A stretch of 54,759 nucleotides of DNA, from NCBI GenBank assembly GCA_014381585.1, contig JACNLH010000058.1, forward strand, positions 1-54,759, in the 5' to 3' direction. The notes beneath the pieces are model-generated. The model had not been told where the DNA came from, ran no database searches, and worked only from the letters and a program-made list of their open reading frames with translations. Origin of the DNA: Candidatus Sulfurimonas ponti. Lineage in GTDB: Bacteria; Campylobacterota; Campylobacteria; Campylobacterales; Sulfurimonadaceae. The translations under genes were made by a program, and so were the position numbers. This document shows positions 28,244-40,752 of this stretch, piece after piece. The stretch's first letter is position 1, and each line of letters starts with the position of its first letter.

Positions 28244-29020
28244 TTATTTTAAATATTGCTTATTGTCTGCTATCTTTTTTCTTAGTGTATTTCTATTGAG
28301 ACCCAACTTATCCGCAAGTTGCAATTGAGATTTAAATTTCTTTAAACCCACTTTGATTAATGGAGTTTCATAGAGATATAAAAAGTTTCTATAATCACTG
28401 TTAGAACCCAGTTTATCACTTAAATAATTTTCTATAATATCCATTAACTCTGTATCTTTAATATCTTGTAATAAATAAGTGATCATAACCTGTCTTTTTA
28501 AAGAAGCAGAGTTCTGACTTAAATCCGGAGTGAATATAAGCTGCTTAGAATCAGTATCTCCACCAAAGAGTTCTGATGCTTCTTTAGAAAAAATATCAAT
28601 TAATGCTTTTACATCTTCTTCTCTTTGCGATAAAGGCGGTATTGAAAATTTAACAGGGAAAAGTTCTGTAATTTCATCATTCACCAGATATTCTTTAGAA
28701 GTGGCAATAACACGTACGTCATTCGCTTCAATCATATCAAGAATAGTCTTTAAGTTTGCCGTGTTATGTAAGTTGGTGATGATTACTTGATCACTATTGC
28801 TAAGCAGTGTGATGGATTCATCAAAATCAGAAGCATCAACTATACTGGCATTTGGGAGGATATATTTTGCTAAGCTTTTTTTACCAACACCATCTTCACC
28901 AGTGATGAGGGAATTGACATTAAGTGTTTTTAAAAGCGTAGCAGTTTTAAATGCCTCTTTAGAGGCATTTGATAAAGTTATGAAACTAGTGACAACCACA
29001 CCCTGTACCGCAACTTCCAC
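28244..29020 (-). CDS. Fis-family HTH regulator with a degenerate NtrC-like AAA region (alternative start GTG 28999)
   Basis: LITGEDGVGKK, VRVIATS, IPPLSQREEDV, C-terminal QLQLADKLGLNRNTLRKKI; no GAFTGA. Confidence 0.8.
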   Translation of the reverse strand: MEVAVQGVVVTSFITLSNASKEAFKTATLLKTLNVNSLITGEDGVGKKSLAKYILPNASIVDASDFDESITLLSNSDQVIITNLHNTANLKTILDMIEANDVRVIATSKEYLVNDEITELFPVKFSIPPLSQREEDVKALIDIFSKEASELFGGDTDSKQLIFTPDLSQNSASLKRQVMITYLLQDIKDTELMDIIENYLSDKLGSNSDYRNFLYLYETPLIKVGLKKFKSQLQLADKLGLNRNTLRKKIADNKQYLK

Positions 29021-29495
29021 TTTCTTCTTGTTTGTTCTCAGAAGGAATGCCAGTCATAGCTTCTTCAGCTGAGGCATCTCTAACATTGTTTAAAGTTACT
29101 GAAAACATTAAAGCTTTTCCTGCAAGAGGATGATTAAAGTCGATAACAATGCTTTCTTCACCTATCTCTTTGACTGTGACTTGAACTGTTGCTCCATCTT
29201 CGCCTTGACCGTAAAGTGTCATCCCAAGTTCTAAATCAATTCCAGAAAATTGATCCTTTGGAACTTCTTGTGTAGCACTTTCATCAAGTTCACCATACGC
29301 ATTGGCAGGTTGAACAAGAACATCTGCTTTTTCACCTATAGCCATATTTGCTATTCCATCTTCTAAACCTGAAATTATTTGACCTTTTCCAAACATAAAT
29401 ACTAATGGTGCTCCACCAACATTACTGTCTACAATAGTTTCTCCATCACGAACTTCATACTCTATTGATACGATTTGATTTGCTTCAATTGCCAT
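28986..29495 (-). CDS. slyD: FKBP-type peptidyl-prolyl isomerase SlyD
   Basis: GQIISGLE, AYGE, DFNHPLAGK; Cys/His tail SCGTGCGCH. Confidence 0.95.
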   Translation of the reverse strand: MAIEANQIVSIEYEVRDGETIVDSNVGGAPLVFMFGKGQIISGLEDGIANMAIGEKADVLVQPANAYGELDESATQEVPKDQFSGIDLELGMTLYGQGEDGATVQVTVKEIGEESIVIDFNHPLAGKALMFSVTLNNVRDASAEEAMTGIPSENKQEESGSCGTGCGCH

Positions 29496-29528
29496 TTATT
29501 AAGACCTTATATATAATTTATAGTGTGA

Positions 29529-29537
29529 ATTCTATCA
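29529..29537 (-). promoter_or_regulatory. Extended -10 promoter upstream of slyD
   Basis: TGaTAGAAT on the minus strand about 35 bp before the ATG, in an AT-rich spacer. Confidence 0.5.
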
Positions 29538-29574
29538 TAAAATATTTAAATAAAACTAAGGAAAGAAGCTTTTA

Positions 29575-30519
29575 CTATAGAGCTAATAAATACTTTTTCG
29601 CATCTTTTGCTTCCGATGAAGCAGGAAATTTTCCAATAACAGCATTATAAAATGTTTTTGCATTTTCTATATCATCTGTTTTTTCCATAGATATAGCCGT
29701 ATTTAGTAACAATTCTGGCATATACGCAGCTTTAGAATACAATGAAGCACTCTTTTTATAGTATGAAATCGCTTCAGCATAGTTTTTTCTTTTAAATTTC
29801 ATTTGTCCAATCATAAAATGCGAATTGGCAGGTTTATAGTTCTTTGTTATTAAATGACTGTAATATTCAATTCCTTTACTATAATATTGTTTATCATAGA
29901 ATGCTTTTGCCTGCGTTGCGACTTCACCATTACTCATTGAATCAAGAACTGATTCATTCACTGGAGCTTTACTTGCTGACTTTAATTCTTTTGCAACTAA
30001 ACTTTTAAAATCATTCACATCATTAACTAAATCATTAAACTCTTCTTTGGAAACATATTTTGTATTAATAGTATTAATTAATTTACTCAATTCTTCTATA
30101 ACTAAAGTGTTTTTAGCAATTAATTCTGCATTTGTCTCTGATAGCTTTGTATTTAATTCAACTGCTTGGCCCAGTCTTTTTTCATATTCATCAGAGTTTT
30201 TCAAATCTTCAGAATTTTTATTTTGTAATTCTAAAAGTGTCGTTTTATTTTCTTGAGACTTTCTACTTAAACTTTCAACAATACTTTGTAAACCATCTAT
30301 CCTCTCTCGTAAAGAATCAACTTTGTTAGCCTGATTATTCGTGTTGACTACGACATTTTTAAGAGCTTTTTTAGTTTCTAAAACAGTTTTTTCACTCGAA
30401 GTGAGGCCGTAAGGGTTTGGATTATCTAAGTTGCCGGCACCAAATGCAGAAGGTTCTGCAGCTGCCATATACAATGAGTTAATAGCTACAAAATATGTAG
30501 CTAATAAAATTTTATTCAT
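29575..30519 (-). CDS. cpoB: Tol-Pal associated CpoB/YbgF-like coiled-coil TPR protein
   Basis: Signal peptide, EPSAFGAG, long coiled coil, C-terminal TPRs ending KFPASSEA; directly after pal. Confidence 0.8.
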   Translation of the reverse strand: MNKILLATYFVAINSLYMAAAEPSAFGAGNLDNPNPYGLTSSEKTVLETKKALKNVVVNTNNQANKVDSLRERIDGLQSIVESLSRKSQENKTTLLELQNKNSEDLKNSDEYEKRLGQAVELNTKLSETNAELIAKNTLVIEELSKLINTINTKYVSKEEFNDLVNDVNDFKSLVAKELKSASKAPVNESVLDSMSNGEVATQAKAFYDKQYYSKGIEYYSHLITKNYKPANSHFMIGQMKFKRKNYAEAISYYKKSASLYSKAAYMPELLLNTAISMEKTDDIENAKTFYNAVIGKFPASSEAKDAKKYLLAL

Positions 30520-30522
30520 AAA

Positions 30523-31071
30523 TTATGGAAGAAGCTTAAAATCTACGCGACGATTATTTGCCCAACATTCTCGAGTTTTATCAGAACATGTAGGATTACT
30601 TTCACCATAAGACACCATAGTGATTTTTGATGCATCAACACCTTGAGCCACTAGTGCTTTTTTAACAGAATCAGCACGTTTTAAACCGAGTGCAAAGTTA
30701 TACTCATCACTACCCCATTCATCACAATTACCTTCTAACTTAATGTTGTATTTAGCCGAAGCATCTTTAGCGATATCAGCATCATTAGCAATTTTACCCT
30801 GCATACTGGGTTTCACATCAAACTTATCAAATTCAAAGTAAATAGATTCTAACTTAGCTTCCATTATTGACATACTGTCACTTCCACTTTCAACACTTCC
30901 AGAACTAATAACACTGTTTTCTGTTGACACAGTCTCAGTGGTCACACCGCTTACTTCTTTTGCATTAGCATTTGTAGAAGCATCTGAACCATCAGCATCC
31001 GGAACTTTTGAACTACATCCACCAAAGATTAAAAGTGCAGTCACTACACTAGAAAGTACGATACTTTTCAT
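30523..31071 (-). CDS. pal: Peptidoglycan-associated lipoprotein Pal
   Basis: Lipobox FGGC; IYFEFDK, EGNCDEWGSDEYNFALGLKRA, NRRVDF. Confidence 0.95.
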   Translation of the reverse strand: MKSIVLSSVVTALLIFGGCSSKVPDADGSDASTNANAKEVSGVTTETVSTENSVISSGSVESGSDSMSIMEAKLESIYFEFDKFDVKPSMQGKIANDADIAKDASAKYNIKLEGNCDEWGSDEYNFALGLKRADSVKKALVAQGVDASKITMVSYGESNPTCSDKTRECWANNRRVDFKLLP

Positions 31072-31180
31072 ATTACATTTCCTCTGAATATTAAAATTTA
31101 AATTATTATAGCGAATTAAAGACTAAAACAAAAGCCTTAGAGGAGCTATATGACTCTATATTATACTGCTGAGTATATAT

Positions 31181-32431
31181 TTACCAATCCATAGCCTGAA
31201 CTTTCCCATACTTAAGCGGGAACAGATAGTTTTTATTATGATTTAACCTGATAATTCCTATGGAGCTTTGTGCTTTATAGTTTTTAATAAAAAGTATTGC
31301 ATCACCATCTTTAGAAAACCTTGGAAATTCATTCACCCCAGTTGCTGTAAGACGTCTGATAAAGTCTGTTTTCGTAGATATAAGATGCAAATTAAATGTG
31401 TTGTTTGAAAAAGCATTTGAACTCTCACGCGCTTTATACACCACATACTCATTATGAGCTGAACACGCGGCATTACTCTTACCATAATAAATAAGCTGTT
31501 CAACTTCATCACTGCCAATTTTAGTTTTAAACAAATTAGGGTAACCTAATCTATTGGATATAAAAACTATATTTTCATCATTTACAAATTGACCGCTTAC
31601 ATCTATTCCAGAGTATTTTGTCACCCTGGAGTGTTTTTCAGTGTTTACATCATACAAATATATATCTGCCTGTCCGCTTGGAGCCATAGTGAGCAATAAT
31701 TTGCTGGAATCATCACTCACATCAGAACATATCATCATACCATCAGATTGTAAAATTGATTTCACTGAGCCCGTTTTGATATCGACTTTTTTAAGCACCG
31801 GCTTTGCCCCATCAAGAGATGTGTAATAAAACTGTGTTTGTTCTTTATTCGCCCACTTTGGAAACACATTAAATCCACCAGTGACAACTATATGCTGGTA
31901 TGTCAATGTATAATCAGAAATCACAAGCTCACTTTTCATAGGAGCAATTATACGAGAAAAAATAACCTTTCTTTTCATCCATGCAACTGAAGGTTCACCC
32001 ATAAATTCATTTATATCGTAAGCCATTGCATGAGAGATAAACATATAAAAATCGTTCTTTTTAATCTTATAATTTTTATTCATCACCTCTACAGAATTAT
32101 GAAGCAATTTCATTTTTGCATTGAAAAATCCATTGTCATCTTCAAAAATATTGTATCTTAAAACATACTTCATATCTTTATTTTCAACAAGAACATCACT
32201 TGCATCATACTCTGATTGTCTATAATGTCTATCCACATTAAAAATAGACAGTACATTCAAGTCAGCTATAAGTGATTTAAAAAATCTTAATTTGAAAGTG
32301 TCATCATAAGAGCTATAAGACTCTTCAACGGCCAATGATGGTGATGATTCAACTTTTTTAATAACTTCTATCGTGGCATCTCCTCCAAAAGAGAGAGAAA
32401 CTATAAATAACCATGCTAATAATATTTTCAA
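31181..32431 (-). CDS. tolB: TolB
   Basis: Signal peptide, SDYT...FPKW beta-propeller repeats, FISNRLGYPNLF; position between tolA-like gene and pal. Confidence 0.93.
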   Translation of the reverse strand: MKILLAWLFIVSLSFGGDATIEVIKKVESSPSLAVEESYSSYDDTFKLRFFKSLIADLNVLSIFNVDRHYRQSEYDASDVLVENKDMKYVLRYNIFEDDNGFFNAKMKLLHNSVEVMNKNYKIKKNDFYMFISHAMAYDINEFMGEPSVAWMKRKVIFSRIIAPMKSELVISDYTLTYQHIVVTGGFNVFPKWANKEQTQFYYTSLDGAKPVLKKVDIKTGSVKSILQSDGMMICSDVSDDSSKLLLTMAPSGQADIYLYDVNTEKHSRVTKYSGIDVSGQFVNDENIVFISNRLGYPNLFKTKIGSDEVEQLIYYGKSNAACSAHNEYVVYKARESSNAFSNNTFNLHLISTKTDFIRRLTATGVNEFPRFSKDGDAILFIKNYKAQSSIGIIRLNHNKNYLFPLKYGKVQAMDW

Positions 32432-32444
32432 TTTATTTCCTTTA

Positions 32445-33167
32445 TTAATTTTTATCTGATGTAATATTTACAATTGTTTTAGAAGTCACACCTTCTGGGT
32501 TTTTCGGAAATAAAACACCTAACAATCTTGTTTTAATTTTATCACATTCTAAATTCAGAGCCTGATTTGATGAATATGTGAGAATCCTGAAATCTTGCAC
32601 TTTACCGATTGCACTTAACTCTATCATAGCTTTTACAGTATGCCCTTGCGAATTCGCAGGAGGCTCAAAATACTTATAAACAATCGCTTGAATTTTAGCT
32701 AAATATTCATTAACTTCATTAGCACTTGAATTCTTTTTAGAGTCTGTATCTGTAACTGTCGCTTCATTATTATTTATAATTTCTTCTTGTTTTTGAGCTA
32801 CATTATCTTTGGAAGTTTTTATTTTTTTTTGGATAAGTTCTAATCTTTTATTATCTACCGGTTTTGGCTTTTTTTTCTCTATTGATATATCTTTAGTCCA
32901 TACATCACTAAAAAGATTTCCAATATCCACTTCTTTAACTTCTTCTGCAACAGTATCTTCTTTTATTTCAATCACTTCTTTTTCAATCTTTTTCATCGGA
33001 GTGCTTACAACTTCTAAGGAAACAGAAATAAAATCATCTTTTTTGAGGGCATAAGTATTGATTTTAGATGCTGAGAACATCATAAGAAAAAAAAGCGAAA
33101 GAACTATTGCAAAAAGAGCAAGCGATATTAAACCGCTTAGAAAAAAGTAAGAATTGTTTCTAGCCAT
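32445..33167 (-). CDS. tolA: TolA/TonB C-terminal domain protein
   Basis: N-terminal TM helix, charged linker, EYLAKIQAIV...TolA/TonB C domain; position in the tol cluster. Confidence 0.78.
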   Translation of the reverse strand: MARNNSYFFLSGLISLALFAIVLSLFFLMMFSASKINTYALKKDDFISVSLEVVSTPMKKIEKEVIEIKEDTVAEEVKEVDIGNLFSDVWTKDISIEKKKPKPVDNKRLELIQKKIKTSKDNVAQKQEEIINNNEATVTDTDSKKNSSANEVNEYLAKIQAIVYKYFEPPANSQGHTVKAMIELSAIGKVQDFRILTYSSNQALNLECDKIKTRLLGVLFPKNPEGVTSKTIVNITSDKN

Positions 33168-33549
33168 TTGTCGCTAATGAAACATCAGTGAAACCAGCTT
33201 GTTTCACAGCGGCTAAAACTGACATAACAATCCCATAATCAAGAGTTTTATCCGCACTGATTAATACAGTGGCTTTTAAATCTAAATCTTTTGCATACAA
33301 TGAAAAATTATCCATAAAAGCGTTAAGTTGGTAGTTTTCTTTATTCACTTGAATTGTACGTTCTTTATCAATCGTAATATGCACAGGAGGAATCTCTGCT
33401 AATTGTTTTGATATGGAACCTTGAGGGAGTTTTATATTTTCTTCATAAATGATGTTTGGTGCTATAACCATAAGAATAGCAAGTAAGACTAACATTACAT
33501 CCACAAGCGGTGTGATGTTTAATTCAGGTTTATCTTCCCAATCGTACAT
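33160..33549 (-). CDS. tolR: TolR/ExbD
   Basis: LNITPLVDVMLVLL; ADKTLDYG. Confidence 0.9.
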   Translation of the reverse strand: MYDWEDKPELNITPLVDVMLVLLAILMVIAPNIIYEENIKLPQGSISKQLAEIPPVHITIDKERTIQVNKENYQLNAFMDNFSLYAKDLDLKATVLISADKTLDYGIVMSVLAAVKQAGFTDVSLATNG

Positions 33550-33551
33550 AA

Positions 33552-34121
33552 TTAACCTCTACGAGCTAAAAGAGCATCACTTTGCATTTGTAAGAAACTA
33601 ACCAATTCGAACGATTGTCTTTTTAATATTTGGTGGTAGGTATAAGCAAAAATAGCTACAAATATACCTGCAGCAGTTGCTACTAGCGCATCTGAAACTC
33701 CAGAAGATATAATAGACATGCTTCCACTCGTTTGACCGATATGGGTGAAGGTGTCTAAAATAGATACAACTGTTCCAAATAAACCTATAAAAGGAGTTGT
33801 AGAAGCAAATATAGAAAGTATAGAAAGACCTTTAGTTGCTTCTTTTGTAGCAGCCATCATAGCCAAAGCTAAAATCTCTTTAGAAACACTTGAACTTGTT
33901 TTCATAAAGTTATTCAAAAAAGATTTTTCATTTACACTGCTTGCACCCATTAACAATCCCTCAAAAGAATCGTTTTCATCACTCAGCCAAGAGCTTAAAG
34001 AAAAATAACGATAAAAAAACACCCAGTTAAGAATAATAAAGTATATTGACAATACTGCCAATACACCTATTGTAACCGGATGAGATTTTAAATAAAAATC
34101 TATTAAATCGTTAGCAGTCAA
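33552..34121 (-). CDS. tolQ: TolQ/ExbB proton channel
   Basis: STTPFIGLFGTV, ALVATAAGIFVAI. Confidence 0.9.
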   Translation of the reverse strand: MTANDLIDFYLKSHPVTIGVLAVLSIYFIILNWVFFYRYFSLSSWLSDENDSFEGLLMGASSVNEKSFLNNFMKTSSSVSKEILALAMMAATKEATKGLSILSIFASTTPFIGLFGTVVSILDTFTHIGQTSGSMSIISSGVSDALVATAAGIFVAIFAYTYHQILKRQSFELVSFLQMQSDALLARRG

Positions 34122-34514
34122 TTATATTAACCTTTGAGCAGCTGATTCTATTCTGGCAGAAACTGCTGCTATTGCCGGATTTGAATCAGCGATAGAGTTT
34201 ATAAGCTCTTTAGCATCATCAAGCGCCGCAGCGATAGCACTCTCACTTTCACCGCGTATAGCAACAGCACCTTCAACCAATACAATGACTTTTTCTTCAT
34301 CAACATTAACAACACCCCAGTTAATCAATATAGATTCAACTGATTTGTCTTCTTTTTCAATGTCAATCACACCAGCTTCTAACAAAGTTGATAACGAAGA
34401 GTGATTTGCTAGAACGCCGAATTCACCCTCTTCACCAGGAAGAGTCACACTAACAGCTTCACCATTAAAGATTTCACCATTAGGAGTTAGAATTTCAAGT
34501 TTTAACGTATCCAT
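34122..34514 (-). CDS. atpC: ATP synthase epsilon subunit
   Basis: LEILTPNG, PGEEGEFGVLANH. Confidence 0.95.
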   Translation of the reverse strand: MDTLKLEILTPNGEIFNGEAVSVTLPGEEGEFGVLANHSSLSTLLEAGVIDIEKEDKSVESILINWGVVNVDEEKVIVLVEGAVAIRGESESAIAAALDDAKELINSIADSNPAIAAVSARIESAAQRLI

Positions 34515-34539
34515 AATAATCCTTTAATAAACACTGAGT

Positions 34540-36833
<2,294 letters not shown>

Positions 36834-36843
36834 AAAGTTTTCC

Positions 36844-38361
36844 TTACGCTACTACGAAGCTAGCTTTGAATTCTTCAAGAGCTTTTAATAATAATGCTTT
36901 CGTATCGTCATCAACTTTAGAAGCAGATCTGATATTTTCAAAAATTTGAGGATAAGATGCTTCAATAAATGGATACATTTCAGCTTCAAAACGAACAACA
37001 TTAGATGCATCAAAATCATCCAAGAAACCTTCATTTCCAGCGAAAATAATTGCAACTTGTTTTTCAGCAGAAAGTGGAGAGAAAGGTCCTTGCTTTAGAA
37101 CTTCAACCATTCTTTGTCCACGTTCTAGCTGATTACGGGATGTCACATCAAGATCAGATGCGAACTGAGCAAATGCTTGAAGTTCACGATACTGAGCAAG
37201 ATCAAGACGTAATGTACCGGCAACTTGCTTAGTGGCTTTAATCTGAGCAGCACCACCAACACGAGATACTGAAAGACCAACGTTAATCGCTGGACGCACA
37301 CCCGAGTTGAATAGTTCAGTTTCAAGAAAAATCTGACCATCTGTGATTGAAATAACGTTTGTCGGGATATATGCCGCAACATCACCCTCTTGAGTTTCAA
37401 TAATAGGAAGGGCAGTAAGACTTCCAGCACCATCTTCATCACAAAGTTTCGCAGCTCTTTCAAGAAGACGAGAGTGAATATAGAAAACATCACCAGGATA
37501 TGCTTCACGACCCGGAGGACGACGAAGGATAAGTGACATTTCACGGTAAGCAACAGCATGCTTAGATAAATCATCATATACAATTAGACCATGTCTTGCA
37601 TTATCACGGAAATATTCACCCATAGTGACACCAGTGTATGGAGCTAAAAATTGAAGTGCAGCAGCTTCAGCAGCTGTAGCAGACACAATAATAGTATATT
37701 CAAGTGCACCATGCTCTTCTAAACGACGAACAATTTGAGCTACAGTTGATTCTTTTTGACCAACTGCAACGTAGATACACATAACACCATTACCTTTTTG
37801 GTTGATGATTGCATCGAGTGCAACTGTTGTTTTACCAGTTTGTCTATCACCAATGATAAGCTCACGTTGACCACGACCGATTGGAACAAGAGCATCAATT
37901 GCTTTAATACCTGTTGCTAAAGGCTCATGAACAGATTTACGATTCATAATTCCAGGTGCTTTTTCTTCAACAAAACGAGTTTCAGTTGTTTCGATCGGAC
38001 CTTTACCGTCAATCGGCTCACCAAGTGCATTTACAACACGGCCAAGAAGTGCATCACCAACAGGAACTTTAAGAAGTTTACCAAGTCTTTTAACAGACAT
38101 ACCTTCACGTAATTCAACTCCAGCACCAAGTATAACGATACCCACTGAAGCCTCTTCAAGGTTCATTACAAGACCTTGAGTTCCATCTTCGAACTCTACC
38201 ATTTCACCAGCCATAACATTGCTAAGTCCGTAAACTTGAGCAACACCATCAGCGTAAGAAACGATTTTACCAGTTTCATTAATATCAACACTTAATTCAA
38301 AGTTATCGATACGTTCTTTAATTATTGAGCTAATTTCATCAGCTTGAATTTTTGCTACCAC
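36844..38361 (-). CDS. atpA: ATP synthase alpha subunit
   Basis: [31 protein letters not shown]. Confidence 0.98.
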   Translation of the reverse strand: MVAKIQADEISSIIKERIDNFELSVDINETGKIVSYADGVAQVYGLSNVMAGEMVEFEDGTQGLVMNLEEASVGIVILGAGVELREGMSVKRLGKLLKVPVGDALLGRVVNALGEPIDGKGPIETTETRFVEEKAPGIMNRKSVHEPLATGIKAIDALVPIGRGQRELIIGDRQTGKTTVALDAIINQKGNGVMCIYVAVGQKESTVAQIVRRLEEHGALEYTIIVSATAAEAAALQFLAPYTGVTMGEYFRDNARHGLIVYDDLSKHAVAYREMSLILRRPPGREAYPGDVFYIHSRLLERAAKLCDEDGAGSLTALPIIETQEGDVAAYIPTNVISITDGQIFLETELFNSGVRPAINVGLSVSRVGGAAQIKATKQVAGTLRLDLAQYRELQAFAQFASDLDVTSRNQLERGQRMVEVLKQGPFSPLSAEKQVAIIFAGNEGFLDDFDASNVVRFEAEMYPFIEASYPQIFENIRSASKVDDDTKALLLKALEEFKASFVVA

Positions 38362-38376
38362 TATTGTTCTCCTCTC

Positions 38377-38910
38377 TTAAATTGCTTTTACTATATGTTC
38401 AATTATTTGACTGTCGATTCTTGATTTAGAAAAATTAATTTCTATTCCGAGATCTTCAACATCAACTTTAATTCCATCAAAATCATCTTTAACATATGTT
38501 AATGAGATTTTTGAATCAAATCTTTTCCCTAAACCATCACTTAATTCTTTCATTGTTTTCACAGTGATTTTAGTATCACTGTACACAAGACCTTCATAAG
38601 TTTTTGTCGAGCGTGCGATTTCTTTATTTAATTCTTTTGCAATTGCAGGAATAATATTGATTCGTTTATTCTCAACAAGTAGTTTAATTAAATTATTAAC
38701 CTGACTAGAATCAGCTGATGCAACAGCTTCTAATAATATTTCTGATTTATCATTTGCACTCACATTAGGGTTATCTATGATTTGTACAAACTTTTTATCT
38801 TTAAAAAAATCAGCTAAAACAGAAAATACACTGGCTATATTCTGAATAGATGCTTTATTAGCATTTTCACTCATAGCTTTTATATATCTTTTTGCAATTA
38901 ATTCTTCCAT
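38377..38910 (-). CDS. atpH: ATP synthase delta subunit
   Basis: IAKRYIKA, NLIKLLVENKR; position. Confidence 0.93.
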   Translation of the reverse strand: MEELIAKRYIKAMSENANKASIQNIASVFSVLADFFKDKKFVQIIDNPNVSANDKSEILLEAVASADSSQVNNLIKLLVENKRINIIPAIAKELNKEIARSTKTYEGLVYSDTKITVKTMKELSDGLGKRFDSKISLTYVKDDFDGIKVDVEDLGIEINFSKSRIDSQIIEHIVKAI

Positions 38911-39423
38911 CTATGCCACCTTCTTTAAGATCACATCAGCCATAGCTTTTTTATCAAAACTATCACTACTTTGACTTAGAACTTCATTAAGTACATTTTC
39001 AACAACAGTACGAACCATTTTTCTTTGTTCAAATTCTGTTAAAGAAGCGTTTTGCTTTCCTAGAGTCTCTAGTTCAACTTCACACTGCACCATTATGTTG
39101 TCATTAATTACTTTATTCTCTTTTTTTGAAGAAACAGCCAATGCTTCTGCATATTTCTCTGCATCAGATATTTTTGCCAATGCTTCTTTTTTAAGAGCTA
39201 TAGTTTCATTTAACTTATCTTGAACTTTTTTCAATTCATCAGCAACACCCTGACTTCTTGAATTAAAATAAGCTTTGATAGGTTCTGCAACTAAATACCA
39301 AACAAGTCCGGCGAAAAGTAAAAAGTTTACTGTTCTTTGAATAATGTCTGTGCTCCCACCTTCTGCACTAGATGCTAATGCAATAGTTGACATTGCTAGT
39401 AAAGTTACTAAAATTCTACTCAC
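38911..39423 (-). CDS. atpF: ATP synthase subunit b
   Basis: RTVNFLLFAGLVWYL TM helix plus coiled coil; position. Confidence 0.9.
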   Translation of the reverse strand: MSRILVTLLAMSTIALASSAEGGSTDIIQRTVNFLLFAGLVWYLVAEPIKAYFNSRSQGVADELKKVQDKLNETIALKKEALAKISDAEKYAEALAVSSKKENKVINDNIMVQCEVELETLGKQNASLTEFEQRKMVRTVVENVLNEVLSQSSDSFDKKAMADVILKKVA

Positions 39424-39432
39424 ATCACATCC

Positions 39433-39855
39433 TTATATTTGACTAAACTTAGCTTCAATAGCTGTTTTGAAAACTGGAACTTGTGACATCAAGTCCGTAG
39501 TCAACTCATCTCTAGATTTAGCAAGAGATTTTTCAAACTCTGCATACTCGCTAGCTAATTCAGCACGTCTAGCCTCTAATTTACTTTCAGCTAATTCCTT
39601 AGCATCCGCAACAACTTTCTCTCTTAGGGCCGCTGCATCCAGTTTCGCTTTATTGATTATTGATTCAGCTTTTAAATTCAACGCTTGAATTTCATCATCA
39701 TTAGAACCTATTTTATTAAGATCTTTTTTGATATCTTCATCACGTTTATTCATATAACTAAATAACGGTCTATAAAGCCAACTGTTTAAAACGGCTATAA
39801 GCGAAAGAAATACAACAAATGTAGCCAAAAGTAGTATCGGATTTATATCTAACAT
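39433..39855 (-). CDS. atpF': ATP synthase subunit b'
   Basis: TM helix then LYRPLFSYMNKR and coiled coil; AGGAGG SD. Confidence 0.9.
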   Translation of the reverse strand: MLDINPILLLATFVVFLSLIAVLNSWLYRPLFSYMNKRDEDIKKDLNKIGSNDDEIQALNLKAESIINKAKLDAAALREKVVADAKELAESKLEARRAELASEYAEFEKSLAKSRDELTTDLMSQVPVFKTAIEAKFSQI

Positions 39856-39877
39856 AGCACCTCCTAAAAGTTGCGCA

Positions 39878-39883
39878 ATTATA
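39878..39883 (-). promoter_or_regulatory. -10 element of an internal atp operon promoter
   Basis: Perfect TATAAT 12 nt upstream of the AGGAGG SD of atpF'. Confidence 0.55.
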
Positions 39884-39906
39884 CTATGTCAATATTGAAA
39901 GGATAG

Positions 39907-40752
39907 TTAAAGTGAAGAAAAATTTGTAAATTTATTTAAAAAATCATTAATTTGATCTTCATTTTCAAATTCTATGGTGAATTTATTGCCTGAATTTTTT
40001 GTTTTAAGTCCTATAAAATCAAACTTATTATGTAAAGAAGAAAAATCATACTCAATTTTTGACGGTTTAGCAGAAGGAATCACTTCTTGATTTTTTTTAG
40101 ATTTAATCATAGCTTCAACTTCACGCACGCTCAGCTTTTGACCTACAATCGAGTTAACCATGACTTGTTGTTCTTTTTCATCTAAACCGACAAGAACCTT
40201 TGCGTGTCCAGCACTTATTTTTTTTTCTAAAAGTGATTTCTGTGTTTTTGAAGAAAGTTGCAAAAGTCTTAAAGTGTTTGTAATATGTGTTCGGCTTTTG
40301 TATATCATAGTGGCAAGTTGTTCTTGAGTGATCTCGTGAAGCTTAATCAATTCTTCATAGGCGACTGCAAGCTCTATTGCATTCAACTCTTCTCTTTGAA
40401 TATTCTCAATGAGAGCGAATTTTCTCATTCTTTCATCATTGCTTTTTACAATAATACAACGAATGGTTTTTAATTTTGCCAACTTTGATGCACGAAGTCT
40501 ACGTTCACCTGCGATTAATACATAACCATCAAAATCTTCATTGACAATTATCGGCTGCAGTAATCCATCTTCTTTAATTGACTCAGACAATTCATGAAGC
40601 GCTGCTTCGTCAAAAGTTTTTCTAGGCTGAAAAGGATTAGGCTTAATATCTTTAATCGCTATTTCTAATACTTTATCTAACTGTGTGCCTTCATTTTCAT
40701 ATGCAGATTCTGTTTCACCAAACAGTGCATCCAAACCACGTCCCAGAGCCAT
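39907..40752 (-). CDS. parB: Chromosome partitioning protein ParB
   Basis: LGRGLDALF, NPFQPRKTF, AGERRLRA, ENIQRE, HTH region. Confidence 0.96.
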   Translation of the reverse strand: MALGRGLDALFGETESAYENEGTQLDKVLEIAIKDIKPNPFQPRKTFDEAALHELSESIKEDGLLQPIIVNEDFDGYVLIAGERRLRASKLAKLKTIRCIIVKSNDERMRKFALIENIQREELNAIELAVAYEELIKLHEITQEQLATMIYKSRTHITNTLRLLQLSSKTQKSLLEKKISAGHAKVLVGLDEKEQQVMVNSIVGQKLSVREVEAMIKSKKNQEVIPSAKPSKIEYDFSSLHNKFDFIGLKTKNSGNKFTIEFENEDQINDFLNKFTNFSSL

